From: an uncultured Candidatus Rokubacteria bacterium
GTDB lineage: Bacteria > Methylomirabilota > Methylomirabilia > Rokubacteriales > CSP1-6
Assembly: GCA_963754315.1 (NCBI GenBank)
Contig: CAVWFS010000018.1
Coordinates: 288,001-352,000 of the forward strand
Reading direction: 5' to 3'
DNA: 64,000 bases
Part shown: positions 50,903 through 59,938 of the stretch, in pieces
Numbering within the stretch: the first letter of the stretch is position 1
Layout: each line of letters opens with the position of its first letter
Position numbers and translations under genes: made by a program
The notes under the pieces: generated by a model
The model's input: only the letters and a program-made list of their open reading frames with translations
Database searches by the model: none
What the model was told of the DNA's origin: nothing

Positions 50903-52254
50903 TGCCGCGCCGTCACCTGGTCATCGGCGGCGGCACTGCGGGCGTGAACGCCATGCGCACGATCCGTACGGAGGAATCCGAGCCGTCGGACATGACGCTC
51001 GTGAGCGCGGAGAAGCCCTATTCGCGGATGGTATTGCCCTACTATCTGGATCGATCCATTGCCGAATCGCACGTCTACACAGCGACCGCTAAGGTGCTGG
51101 CCGGCTGGGGGGTGAAGACGCACCTCGGTCGGCGGGCAGCCGCCCTCGACACCAGGGCCAGCGTGTGCACCCTGGACGACGGCACGACCATCGAGTACGA
51201 CGATTGTCTGATCGCCACCGGCTCGTCCCCGGTGCGCGCTCCCGTCCCGGGCGCCGATGGCCGCGGGGTCCACTCCTTCTGGACGCTCGATCAGGCGAAG
51301 AGTGTGCTGGCCGAGATCGCGCCAGGTAGTCATGTGGTGATGGTAGGGGCGGGCTTCATCGCCTTCACCATTCTGAATTCCATCCTGGCCCTGGGGGCCA
51401 AGCTGACCATCGTGGAGATCGCTCCTCGCATCCTGCCCCGCATGGTGGACGAAACCGGGGCGAGATTGGTGGCGGATTGGTTGATCCGCAATGGAGTCAG
51501 CATTCGCACGGGGGCCCAGCTGGTCAGCATCGATGAGGTGGGGGCAGGGAACCGCCGGGCGGACGTTCGAGGCCGCAAGCGCCTGCGCTTTGCGAATGGA
51601 GCGGACCTCGTGGCCGACGTCGTCATCATGGCCACCGGTATCCGGACGAACCTCGAGTGGCTCAAGGATTCCGGTGTCGTCATCGAACGAGGGATCCGGG
51701 TCGATGCGCATCTGCGATCGAGCGTACCGACCGTGTACGCGGCGGGCGATGTGGCTGAGGGACGTGACCTCGTCACGGGCGCTCCCGCCGTGCACGCCAT
51801 CGAGCCGACGGCGCAGGAGCACGGGCGGGTGGCGGGCGCCAACATGGCGGGCAAGAGCGTGACCTACAAGGGTAGCCTGCTGATGAACATCGTCGAGGTC
51901 TGCCACCTGGACGTGGCCTCATTCGGGGCGTGGGACGAGACACAGGCGGAAGTGATGACCGGGTTACAACCGGAACGGCCTGCCTACCGCAAGTTTCTCT
52001 GGCGTGGAGACCGCCTGATTGGCGCCATCATCCTCGGACCCTCCAACCAGATCTGGACCACCAACGACATCGGGATGCTGAAGGGGCTGGTGCAATCGGG
52101 GGCACCGGCCGGGCGCTTCAAGGAGCGCCTCGGCCGCAACCCGTTCGACATCAAGCCTGTCTACATCGCGTCCGGGACCACGACCATGCTGCTCCCTGAA
52201 ACCGTGCTCGGGCGCCCGGCCATCGCGCCCGATGACACCCCGGTGGCCGTATGA
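50902..52254 (+). CDS. FAD/NAD(P)-dependent oxidoreductase (NirB/rubredoxin-reductase-like; AOR flavoprotein subunit-like)
   Basis: IGGGTAG, IATGS, VGAGFI, YAAGDVA. Confidence 0.9.
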   Translation: MPRRHLVIGGGTAGVNAMRTIRTEESEPSDMTLVSAEKPYSRMVLPYYLDRSIAESHVYTATAKVLAGWGVKTHLGRRAAALDTRASVCTLDDGTTIEYDDCLIATGSSPVRAPVPGADGRGVHSFWTLDQAKSVLAEIAPGSHVVMVGAGFIAFTILNSILALGAKLTIVEIAPRILPRMVDETGARLVADWLIRNGVSIRTGAQLVSIDEVGAGNRRADVRGRKRLRFANGADLVADVVIMATGIRTNLEWLKDSGVVIERGIRVDAHLRSSVPTVYAAGDVAEGRDLVTGAPAVHAIEPTAQEHGRVAGANMAGKSVTYKGSLLMNIVEVCHLDVASFGAWDETQAEVMTGLQPERPAYRKFLWRGDRLIGAIILGPSNQIWTTNDIGMLKGLVQSGAPAGRFKERLGRNPFDIKPVYIASGTTTMLLPETVLGRPAIAPDDTPVAV

Positions 52255-52266
52255 GCCCAACAGCCG

Positions 52267-54213
52267 TTGCGCGAGCAAGAGGGAGGAACCACGAAGCCCT
52301 CGAGTCGCAAGAGACCGGAGTTGGCCCGCACGCTTCCCGGCGCCTTTGCGGGAAAGCTTCTGCGGGTTGACCTCACGGCCGAGCGCTGTTGGGCGGTGCC
52401 GTGGGGCCCTGACGAGATGCGCACCCAGCTCGGGGGCGTCGGACTCGGTGCGATGATCCTCTATCGGGAGACGGCTACGAAGGGTGGCCGGGGCAACGTG
52501 AGCTGGGACCATCCCGACAACCGGCTCGTCCTCGCCACTGGCCCGCTGGCGGGACTGCCAGTATGGGGTACGGGGGGCCTCACCGTGGTGACGATCGGGG
52601 CGGGGACGAATGGGCCCACCTCCACGCAGGCCAACGGCTTCTTCGGGACGAATCTGAAGTACTGCGGTTATGACGCCATCATCTTCCAGGGCGAGGCCAA
52701 GCGCTGGGTGTATCTCTACATCGACGACGACGTGGTGGAATTGCGCGACGCCGCGGACCTGAAGGGCCTCGATACCTGGGACACGCAGAACGCCCTCAGC
52801 CAGAAGCTGGGCCTCTCCGGTCATGCCCTCTCCGTGTACTCCATCGGCCCCGCCGGCGAGAACCTCGTGCGCTTCGCCGCCATCCAGGGAGACTACGGCC
52901 ACGTCGCCTCCAAGAACGGGGTGGGCGCGGTCATGGGCAAGAAGCGCGTCAAGGCGGTGGCCATCGTCAAGGGCACCAAGGGATTGCGTGCGGCCGACCC
53001 GCGCGGAGTCATGCAGGCGGCGGACGACATCGCCCACGATCTCAGGACGGACCCGTCCGCGCGTTCACTCTACGAGTACGGAACGTTGCCAGGCGTGGTG
53101 AACCTGTCCAAAATGGGCGCCCTGCCCGTCAAGAACTACACGACCAACCTCACCCTGGGCGTCGACATGACCCCCTGGGAGGCGCCGAACCTGCGCGAGG
53201 GATTCGATCACCGTGGCCACCAGTGCAACGCGTGCGGCATGCATCACTGTCACATGTCGGTGATCCGGAGCGGTGAGAACAAAGGCAAGATCGTCGATGA
53301 GCCCGAGTACGAGGGCTGGTCGGGGGCCGGCTGGACGATCGGCCTCACCGACCCCCAGGCGGTGGCCTGGCTGAACACCGAGCTCGACCGGGCGTGCCTT
53401 GACGTCAACGAGTTCGGCTGGATGTGTGGCTGGGTGATGGAGTGCTACGAGAAGGGCTACATCACCAAGGAGCAGCTTGGCTTCGAGCTGCCCTGGGGAG
53501 ATGTCAAAGGGGCGGCCCGCCTCATCCGGATAATCTCGACGCGCGAGGGCTTCGGTAACGTCCTCGCCGAGGGAGTCAAGCGCGCTGCCGAAAAGCTCGG
53601 GAGCCCCGCCAAAGAGTGTGCGGTCTACATCGAGAAGGGTGCGGTACCGCGCGGTCACGATCACCGGGCCCGCTGGGAGGAGATGCTCGACACCTGCACG
53701 TCCGGTACCGCTACTATGGAGACCGGGAACCCGGTGCATCCCACCGAGCTGGGGCAGCCTGCCCGCATCAACCCGTTCGACGGCGTCCAGGTAGCGAAGT
53801 ACGTGGCGAACCTGCGAGGGCGGCGCAATTTCGAGGATTCCCTCGGCGTGTGCATCTTCACCATCCGTACGCGTCTGGAGAACGTCTGCCGGGCCCTCAG
53901 TGCCGCCACCGGCTGGACGTATTCGATCGACGAAGCCATGCGCTTCGGGCGTCGCACGGCGGCCATCAATCGTGCGGTGTCGCTCCGCTGCGGTCACACG
54001 GGCGCCCTGGAGTATCCCTCGGCACGCTACGGGTCAACCCCTGTCGACGGCCCTGCCAAGGGCCAGGCCATTCGTGATCAGTGGGAGACGATGCTCGACA
54101 CCTGGTATGCAGAGGTCGGCTACGACCGTAAGACCGGCAAGCCTCTGCCACAGACGTTGAGGGATCTCGGGCTCGACGACCTGGCCACCGCGCTCTGGAG
54201 CAAGAAGAGCTAA
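52267..54213 (+). CDS. aor: aldehyde:ferredoxin oxidoreductase family (tungstopterin) catalytic subunit
   Basis: GKLLRVDLT, TGPL, GYDAII..G, IGPAGENLVRFA, GAVMG.K.VKA, CNACGMHC, EPEYE, EDSLGVC; start may instead be TTG 52321. Confidence 0.9.
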   Translation: MREQEGGTTKPSSRKRPELARTLPGAFAGKLLRVDLTAERCWAVPWGPDEMRTQLGGVGLGAMILYRETATKGGRGNVSWDHPDNRLVLATGPLAGLPVWGTGGLTVVTIGAGTNGPTSTQANGFFGTNLKYCGYDAIIFQGEAKRWVYLYIDDDVVELRDAADLKGLDTWDTQNALSQKLGLSGHALSVYSIGPAGENLVRFAAIQGDYGHVASKNGVGAVMGKKRVKAVAIVKGTKGLRAADPRGVMQAADDIAHDLRTDPSARSLYEYGTLPGVVNLSKMGALPVKNYTTNLTLGVDMTPWEAPNLREGFDHRGHQCNACGMHHCHMSVIRSGENKGKIVDEPEYEGWSGAGWTIGLTDPQAVAWLNTELDRACLDVNEFGWMCGWVMECYEKGYITKEQLGFELPWGDVKGAARLIRIISTREGFGNVLAEGVKRAAEKLGSPAKECAVYIEKGAVPRGHDHRARWEEMLDTCTSGTATMETGNPVHPTELGQPARINPFDGVQVAKYVANLRGRRNFEDSLGVCIFTIRTRLENVCRALSAATGWTYSIDEAMRFGRRTAAINRAVSLRCGHTGALEYPSARYGSTPVDGPAKGQAIRDQWETMLDTWYAEVGYDRKTGKPLPQTLRDLGLDDLATALWSKKS

Positions 54214-54331
54214 CTAGGTCAGCCCCTACTCGGTCTCTCTTACCGCCAACACCTTTACGGCGTCACTTGACCCCCGGCCCGGGGATGTGATAAGTCTCTG
54301 CCGCGTTCACGTCTAGACACCCGGGGGGAGT

Positions 54332-55216
54332 ATGCCGGAAACCATTGGATTCATTGGGCTCGGTATCATGGGGCGCCCAATGGCGAAGAATCTCTGCAAG
54401 GCCGGGTTCCCGCTCATCGTGCACAATCGCAGTCGTGCGGCCGTCGAAGACCTCGTGCAGAGTGGGGCGAAGGCCGCCCCCTCGCCACGGGAAGTGGCCG
54501 CGCAGTCGGACGTCCTCATCACCGTGCTGCCCAACTCGCCCGATGTCGAGGCGGTCGCCCTCGGGAAGGACGGCGTCATTGAGGGTGCACGGCCTGGCCT
54601 CGTCTACATCGACATGTCCACCATCTCACCGATCGTTTCCCAGAAGGTCGGTCAGGCCTTGGCCCAACGTGGCGTCCGGATGCTCGACGCCCCGGTATCG
54701 GGTGGCGAGAAAGGTGCCATCGACGGGGCGTTGTCGATCATGGTCGGGGGCGAGGCGAGCGTCTTCGAGGATGTCCGGCCCATCTTTCAGGCCATGGGCA
54801 AGACCATCACCCTGCTTGGCCCTCTGGGCTTTGGAGGGTTCACGAAGCTCGCGAATCAGATCATCGTTGCCCTCAACCTCACCGCCCTGGGTGAGGCACT
54901 CACCCTGGCCCGCAAGGCCGGTCTTGACCGCGAGCTCACCCTCAAGGCACTGGCGGGCGGGCTCGCCGGCTCGCGATGCCTGGACCAAAAGACACCCAAC
55001 TACGTTTCGGGGACTTACAACCCAGGCTTCAAGATCGACCTGCACTTCAAGGATCTTGGACTCATCATGGAGTCTGCGCGCGCCCTCGGTGTCCCACTTC
55101 CGACTACCGCCGTCGTCCAGGAACTGTTCAGCGCCCTCCGGGTCAAGGGGCGGGGAGGGCTCGACCACTCTGGGGTGATCACCTTGCTTGAAGAGCTCGC
55201 GGGCATCTCTGCGTGA
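54332..55216 (+). CDS. glxR: 2-hydroxy-3-oxopropionate (tartronate semialdehyde) reductase
   Basis: IGFIGLGIMGRPMAKNL, DAPVSGGEKGA, KLANQIIVA, GGLAGS, PGFKIDLHFKDL, LDHSG. Confidence 0.85.
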   Translation: MPETIGFIGLGIMGRPMAKNLCKAGFPLIVHNRSRAAVEDLVQSGAKAAPSPREVAAQSDVLITVLPNSPDVEAVALGKDGVIEGARPGLVYIDMSTISPIVSQKVGQALAQRGVRMLDAPVSGGEKGAIDGALSIMVGGEASVFEDVRPIFQAMGKTITLLGPLGFGGFTKLANQIIVALNLTALGEALTLARKAGLDRELTLKALAGGLAGSRCLDQKTPNYVSGTYNPGFKIDLHFKDLGLIMESARALGVPLPTTAVVQELFSALRVKGRGGLDHSGVITLLEELAGISA

Positions 55217-56247
55217 GGGCGACGGTCGACAGGGCCGGCCTCGATTCGCACGGACGTTCCTCGAAGGTGCAGATCCGCAGGATCCGCAAGGGCGATCTCT
55301 CGCGCGCGCGCGATGTTCTCGAACAAAGCTTTGCCGATCTTTTCGAGCGACAGCTCGGCACCCGTCCCCGTCAGGCGTTCGGAGGCGCGCAGTACGTGCA
55401 TCACCGCTGGCTCATGGAGCCCTGGGGATGCTTCGTGGCCGAAGAAGACGGAGGACGAATCCTCGGGGTCGCTCTCGCCGTCACCTGGGGCAGCCTTGGG
55501 CTGGTGGGACCGGTGGCCGTCCTCACCAACCATCAGAACCAGGGCATCGGTCAGCAACTCATCGGTGCCGTGGAAGGCTTCTTCGACGAGAACAAGGCCA
55601 CCCTGCAAGGGTTGGTGACGTATCCGACAAGCGCCAAACATCTGATCCTCGTCCACAAGTTCGGCTACAAGCCGAAGTGCCTGACGGCCATCATGAGTCG
55701 CGCCGTTGATCGCGGGCCCGTGCGTCCGGCGTCGCCAGCCAAGCCGGTTCGCCCCGCACTGACCGTCCGGAAGTTCTCCACCCTCGAAGAAGCGCGGAAG
55801 AAGACCGCGCTCATTCGCGTGAATCGCATCGTCGGCAGCATCTGCCGGGGGATGGATCTGTCCAAGGAGGTCGAGATCGTCGACGGTCTGGCCCTCGGGG
55901 ACACCATGTTGCTGGAGCGCGAGCGGGAGATCATCGGGGTGGCCGTCTACCATGCCCCGGGCGTGAGCGAGGCCCCGGCCGGCGCGCTCTACGTCAAGTT
56001 CTTAGCCATCGACCCGCAGGCGCGCCGGTCGGATGTGCTCGAGCACTTTGTGGCGGCGCTCGAGGAAACCGCCCAGGAACTGGGCCTGACGCGGGTGATC
56101 CTCCCTGTCTATCTCCGCTACTGGCTTGCTTATAGTACGCTGATCCGGTGCGGCTATCAGATCGACTCCACCATGGTACGGATGCAAAAGGGCAAGGGGG
56201 AAGACTACGAGGACGAGCAACATCTCGTCCTCGACGACTGGCGCTGA
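55213..56247 (+). CDS. tandem GNAT-family acetyltransferase
   Basis: GPVAV..HQNQGIGQQL acetyl-CoA motif; second GNAT-like domain (LYVKFLAIDP). Confidence 0.8.
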   Translation: MRATVDRAGLDSHGRSSKVQIRRIRKGDLSRARDVLEQSFADLFERQLGTRPRQAFGGAQYVHHRWLMEPWGCFVAEEDGGRILGVALAVTWGSLGLVGPVAVLTNHQNQGIGQQLIGAVEGFFDENKATLQGLVTYPTSAKHLILVHKFGYKPKCLTAIMSRAVDRGPVRPASPAKPVRPALTVRKFSTLEEARKKTALIRVNRIVGSICRGMDLSKEVEIVDGLALGDTMLLEREREIIGVAVYHAPGVSEAPAGALYVKFLAIDPQARRSDVLEHFVAALEETAQELGLTRVILPVYLRYWLAYSTLIRCGYQIDSTMVRMQKGKGEDYEDEQHLVLDDWR

Positions 56248-56672
56248 TCGCCGGGGCCCTCGGCGCGTTCCTCTCCTTCTCGGCAGTCCTGGTGCCGGGC
56301 GGACCTGGGCTGGCCCACTCTCTCCTGATCGAATCCTCTCCTGGCGCCAACAGCACGGTGGGGACCTCCCCCGGGGAAATGGTTCTCCGCTTCAACAATC
56401 GCATCGAGAAGAAGCTCTCCAGGATTCGGCTGGTGGGGGCGGCCGGCGAGACGCTGGACCTTGCCGTGGCAGTGACGGGGCGCGCCGACACTCTCAAGGC
56501 GGGTGTACCGGTTCTGAGCCCGGGCCCCTGGCGCGTGGAGTGGCAGGTTCTATCGACGGACGGCCATGTCGTCAGCGGCGTCTTCTCGTTCCGGCTGGCC
56601 CCGGAGGCGGCCGCGGACCGGGAAGCCGGTGCCGCGATTCCTTCTGGACGTAGCACCGCGCAGCCGCGATAA
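56238..56672 (+). CDS. copC: CopC-family periplasmic copper-binding protein
   Basis: Signal peptide then AHSLLIESSP, LRFN, WQVLSTDGHVVSG.FSF; start uncertain. Confidence 0.82.
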   Translation: MALIAGALGAFLSFSAVLVPGGPGLAHSLLIESSPGANSTVGTSPGEMVLRFNNRIEKKLSRIRLVGAAGETLDLAVAVTGRADTLKAGVPVLSPGPWRVEWQVLSTDGHVVSGVFSFRLAPEAAADREAGAAIPSGRSTAQPR

Positions 56673-56828
56673 TCGCAAGCCTGGACGCACACACCACCCC
56701 CCGCACGGAGGTGTGGTTGATCACTCCCCCCGGTGAATGGGACGGGGTCCCCGGGGCCCCAACCACTGCATCCCTCACGTGGGCACTCGTCCAAGCGCCG
56801 CGTTTATCCGCGAAGGAGGACCCTCACT

Positions 56829-57584
56829 GTGGTACGACGCATTCATCATGTCGGGATTGTGGTGCGACGGCTGACCGACGCCTATCGTTTCTATCGCGAT
56901 ACCCTCGGTCTGCCGGTCCTTCGGCAGGCTGACCTCCCTGATCAAGGGGTACGGGCGGCCTTGCTTGCGGCCGGTGACAGCGAGATCGAGTTGCTGGAAC
57001 CCACCGATCCAAGTAATGGGGTGAGCCGCTATCTCGCCACGAGAGGCGAAGGGCTCCACCATGTCTGCTTCGACGTGGCCGATGTTGCCGCGGCCCTGCG
57101 TGACCTCGCAGCCCGCAAGGTGGCCCTGCTCGACACCACTCCGCGCCCAGGCCTGGCCGGTCAAATCGGCTTTCTGCACCCCAAGGCATGCGCGGGCGTC
57201 CTGGTGGAGCTGGCCACCCCGTTCGACCCCGGGAGCGAAACAAAGAGAGCCCCCTTGCGGCTCAAGCGGTTGGTCATCGGTGGGCGTGAGCCCAAGCAGA
57301 CGGCTCAGGTGTTGCAGGGACTCTTCGGCTTTCCTGAAATCATCATGAACGGTGGGTCTCGCACGATGCTGAGCGTCGGGAGAGGCGCCTTGCTTATCGT
57401 ACCGGCCGACGAGGTGGGAGGGACCGAAGGAATGGTGGCGCTCTCGCTCGTCGCGAACGACTTTCCCGGGCTCACTGCGGCCTTCGACCGTGCCAGGGCG
57501 CGCTGTATCCGCGGCACCGGCGAGATCACTGTGGAGCCGGCGTCCAGCCATGGCGTCCACTTGCATATCTCCCGCTACGAGTAG
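56829..57584 (+). CDS. mce: methylmalonyl-CoA epimerase with C-terminal VOC-like domain
   Basis: IHHVGIVV, EIELLEP, RGEGLHHVCF, GFLHPK...GVLVEL; AGGAGG RBS. Confidence 0.82.
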   Translation: MVRRIHHVGIVVRRLTDAYRFYRDTLGLPVLRQADLPDQGVRAALLAAGDSEIELLEPTDPSNGVSRYLATRGEGLHHVCFDVADVAAALRDLAARKVALLDTTPRPGLAGQIGFLHPKACAGVLVELATPFDPGSETKRAPLRLKRLVIGGREPKQTAQVLQGLFGFPEIIMNGGSRTMLSVGRGALLIVPADEVGGTEGMVALSLVANDFPGLTAAFDRARARCIRGTGEITVEPASSHGVHLHISRYE

Positions 57585-57661
57585 GGGCGGCTGCGGGCGT
57601 CCCCGATCGTGGTATAGAGATCGAACACCCCGGCCCAACGCGAGGAGATTACCTGATAACG

Positions 57662-59389
57662 CTAGAACGCTTCGGGAGCAGCCGCGATGCGGTCGAGATC
57701 GGCGCGGGTGTATGAGCCGAGACTGCGGAAGTCGAGTTCAGTGTAGTTCTTGATCCAGCGCAACGCGATCCGGGCCGCCTTGCGGTAACGATCCTCTGCC
57801 TCCGCGAAAGCCGCCCGCCCACGATCATCCTTCACGCCGTCCCGCAGCAGACGCAGGATGTCATCCGTCTCCTCCCGCAGGAGTTGCTTCACGAGTGCGA
57901 AGTCGTGGACCGCCGCGGGTCCCGCCGTCGTGCCGGCTCGGTGCCGGATGCGCTGGGCGATCTGCGCGACCGACATCCGCCCGGTGGCGAGGTCCTCCAT
58001 CAGGGCGGGGTGGATTCCCGGTTTGCCGGCCAGGCTGTCGATCCCCTTGGCGCCACGGCCGTTCAACCAGCCTTCCAGATACTCCACGACCATCCTGACG
58101 TTGCGGCGGGTACCTTCCAGGCTGATTGGTCCTTCCGGGACCTTGATCTCGACCGGGTAGTGGTCCGGATCGGCCATCGCGGGGGTCGGTTTCCACCCGG
58201 CGTCGTGCACCCGCTTGAATGGCTCGGCTGCCGTCTTCATGTGGAAGATGTGGGCGACCCAGGCCCGGATGAATCCCTGCTCGGCTTCCCATTCCTTGTC
58301 CTTGCGGATGGCGTCTGCCGCCGCTCGATTGACCTCGGGATCGGGGTTGGGCAGGGCGGTGGCCATGCCTCCGATGGGCACCGCGCCGCGTTTTAGGCAA
58401 ATGGCGACCAGGCGGCGGAAGATGTTGGCAAGAAACGGGGTGGTCTTGATATCCACCCCGAAACGGTCCGGCCACACCGCCTTCGGGTCGTTCATGACGA
58501 ATTCGAAGATGCTGGCCTTGAGATCCCAGCGGGCGGCGTTGAGGCCGGCCGCGTAGGGGCCAAGCTCATACAGCATCTCCTCCATCTGATAGACGGCAGG
58601 CAGCGACTCTACCAGGTGAATGCCGCGGATGGTGGCCCCTCGGAGATAGGGAAGGGCCTCGCGGCTCGCGTCGAAGAGGTCCCGGTACCAGCGTGCTTCC
58701 GCCGCCGATTCCAGTTTGGGCAGGTAGAAGTAGATTCCCTGGCCGCGGTCGGCCTGGGCCCGGCCGGCATAGAACAGCGTAAGGGCGGTACCCAGGAGGG
58801 CGGCCGGCACGGGTTGGCCGTCGATGGTCACGTCAGGCTCGTCGAGGTGAAGGCCGCGCTCCCGATGCATGAAGAAGGGAATCTCTCCCTCGGCGATACG
58901 ATACTCGCGGTTGCGCTCACGATCACTATAGGTTAGCTCTCGGTTCACCGCGGCCAACCGATAGTGAGCGGCCCGCACGGTGTCGATCAGGCGATGCCCC
59001 CCCGAATCCTCGTCGTCGTCGAGATCGCCCTCGGCCCGCTCCCCTTCAGGACCGGGATTCAGCGCGTTGATGAACATGTTTGGGATCGAGCACGGACCCG
59101 AGATCTCGATGCCGGGCAGTCGCAACTGATCGGGCACGGGCGGCACCTTCCAGTCGCCCGTGTTGATCGCGCTCGGCGGGGGATGGCCAGGCAGGGCATG
59201 CTCGTGCAGCGCGCGTCGCAGCGCTTCCGTGCGCTGCTGCCGCAGTGCGTGCACGCGCGGGGTCAAACGGTCATGGAGGCCGACGAGGTAATCGAGAAAC
59301 GCGGGTGAGAAGAGCCGAGCCGCACCCTCCACAGAAGCGAAGCGCGCGCGGGCAGCGGCCGAGGGCGACGAGCCGGTAGTTGGGGACAC
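57662..59389 (-). CDS. aceB: malate synthase (divergent malate synthase A-like)
   Basis: RERGLHL, YFYLPKLES, LVES, GLNAARWD, GGMA, DKEWEA..G, WVAH, LMEDLAT; GTG start 9 nt after AAGGAGG. Confidence 0.82.
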   Translation of the reverse strand: MSPTTGSSPSAAARARFASVEGAARLFSPAFLDYLVGLHDRLTPRVHALRQQRTEALRRALHEHALPGHPPPSAINTGDWKVPPVPDQLRLPGIEISGPCSIPNMFINALNPGPEGERAEGDLDDDEDSGGHRLIDTVRAAHYRLAAVNRELTYSDRERNREYRIAEGEIPFFMHRERGLHLDEPDVTIDGQPVPAALLGTALTLFYAGRAQADRGQGIYFYLPKLESAAEARWYRDLFDASREALPYLRGATIRGIHLVESLPAVYQMEEMLYELGPYAAGLNAARWDLKASIFEFVMNDPKAVWPDRFGVDIKTTPFLANIFRRLVAICLKRGAVPIGGMATALPNPDPEVNRAAADAIRKDKEWEAEQGFIRAWVAHIFHMKTAAEPFKRVHDAGWKPTPAMADPDHYPVEIKVPEGPISLEGTRRNVRMVVEYLEGWLNGRGAKGIDSLAGKPGIHPALMEDLATGRMSVAQIAQRIRHRAGTTAGPAAVHDFALVKQLLREETDDILRLLRDGVKDDRGRAAFAEAEDRYRKAARIALRWIKNYTELDFRSLGSYTRADLDRIAAAPEAF

Positions 59390-59475
59390 CAGAATCATCC
59401 TCCTTGGCTGATTACGCTGTCTTTTCGCATGGCGATGCAAAGGCTGTCAATGGCAGAATGCGGCTCACGCACGGC

Positions 59476-59931
59476 ATGGGTGCCCGACGACGCGGAGGTA
59501 GAGCCGCAGGCGGTGCGTACCGTCGCTATCGCGGACTCGGACGAGGACGAGCGTCCCGACGCGTCCTGGCGACGGGAGGAACCCCTCTCGCGCGTCGCCT
59601 CAACGACACGCTGGCCGGATGGGCCCAGGTTCGAATCACGCCGTCGTTCGGACGCTGGGGGTACTTCGTCGGCAACCTGCTCTTTGCGTGTTTTCCGCTG
59701 GCTCCCCGCCAGGACGACCTCTGGGTCCGGTTGCCGCTGCCCGAGCAGGCGCGGGCGGTCGCGGAGGGGGGAGTGCGACCGCATCGGCGTTTCGGGCGTC
59801 GCGGCTGGATCGAGATCGACGTCAAGGATGGGGGTGACATCGCGCGTGCGCTGCGCTGGTTACGGCGCGCTCACGCGGCAGCCCAGGAGCGCGTGTCCGG
59901 CGAGCCCGGCCGAGAGGACGACTTCGCCTGA
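59476..59931 (+). CDS. hypothetical protein, TfoX/MmcQ/luciferase-like small domain
   Basis: PSFGRWGYFVG.LFA, RPH...GWIEIDV...ALRWLRRA. Confidence 0.6.
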   Translation: MGARRRGGRAAGGAYRRYRGLGRGRASRRVLATGGTPLARRLNDTLAGWAQVRITPSFGRWGYFVGNLLFACFPLAPRQDDLWVRLPLPEQARAVAEGGVRPHRRFGRRGWIEIDVKDGGDIARALRWLRRAHAAAQERVSGEPGREDDFA

Positions 59932-59938
59932 GGATGCC

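Noticed and set aside
54267..54296. Promoter for glxR (TTGACC...GATAAGT)
   Set aside because: The -10 element does not fit TAnnnT at a sensible spacing; too weak to call.
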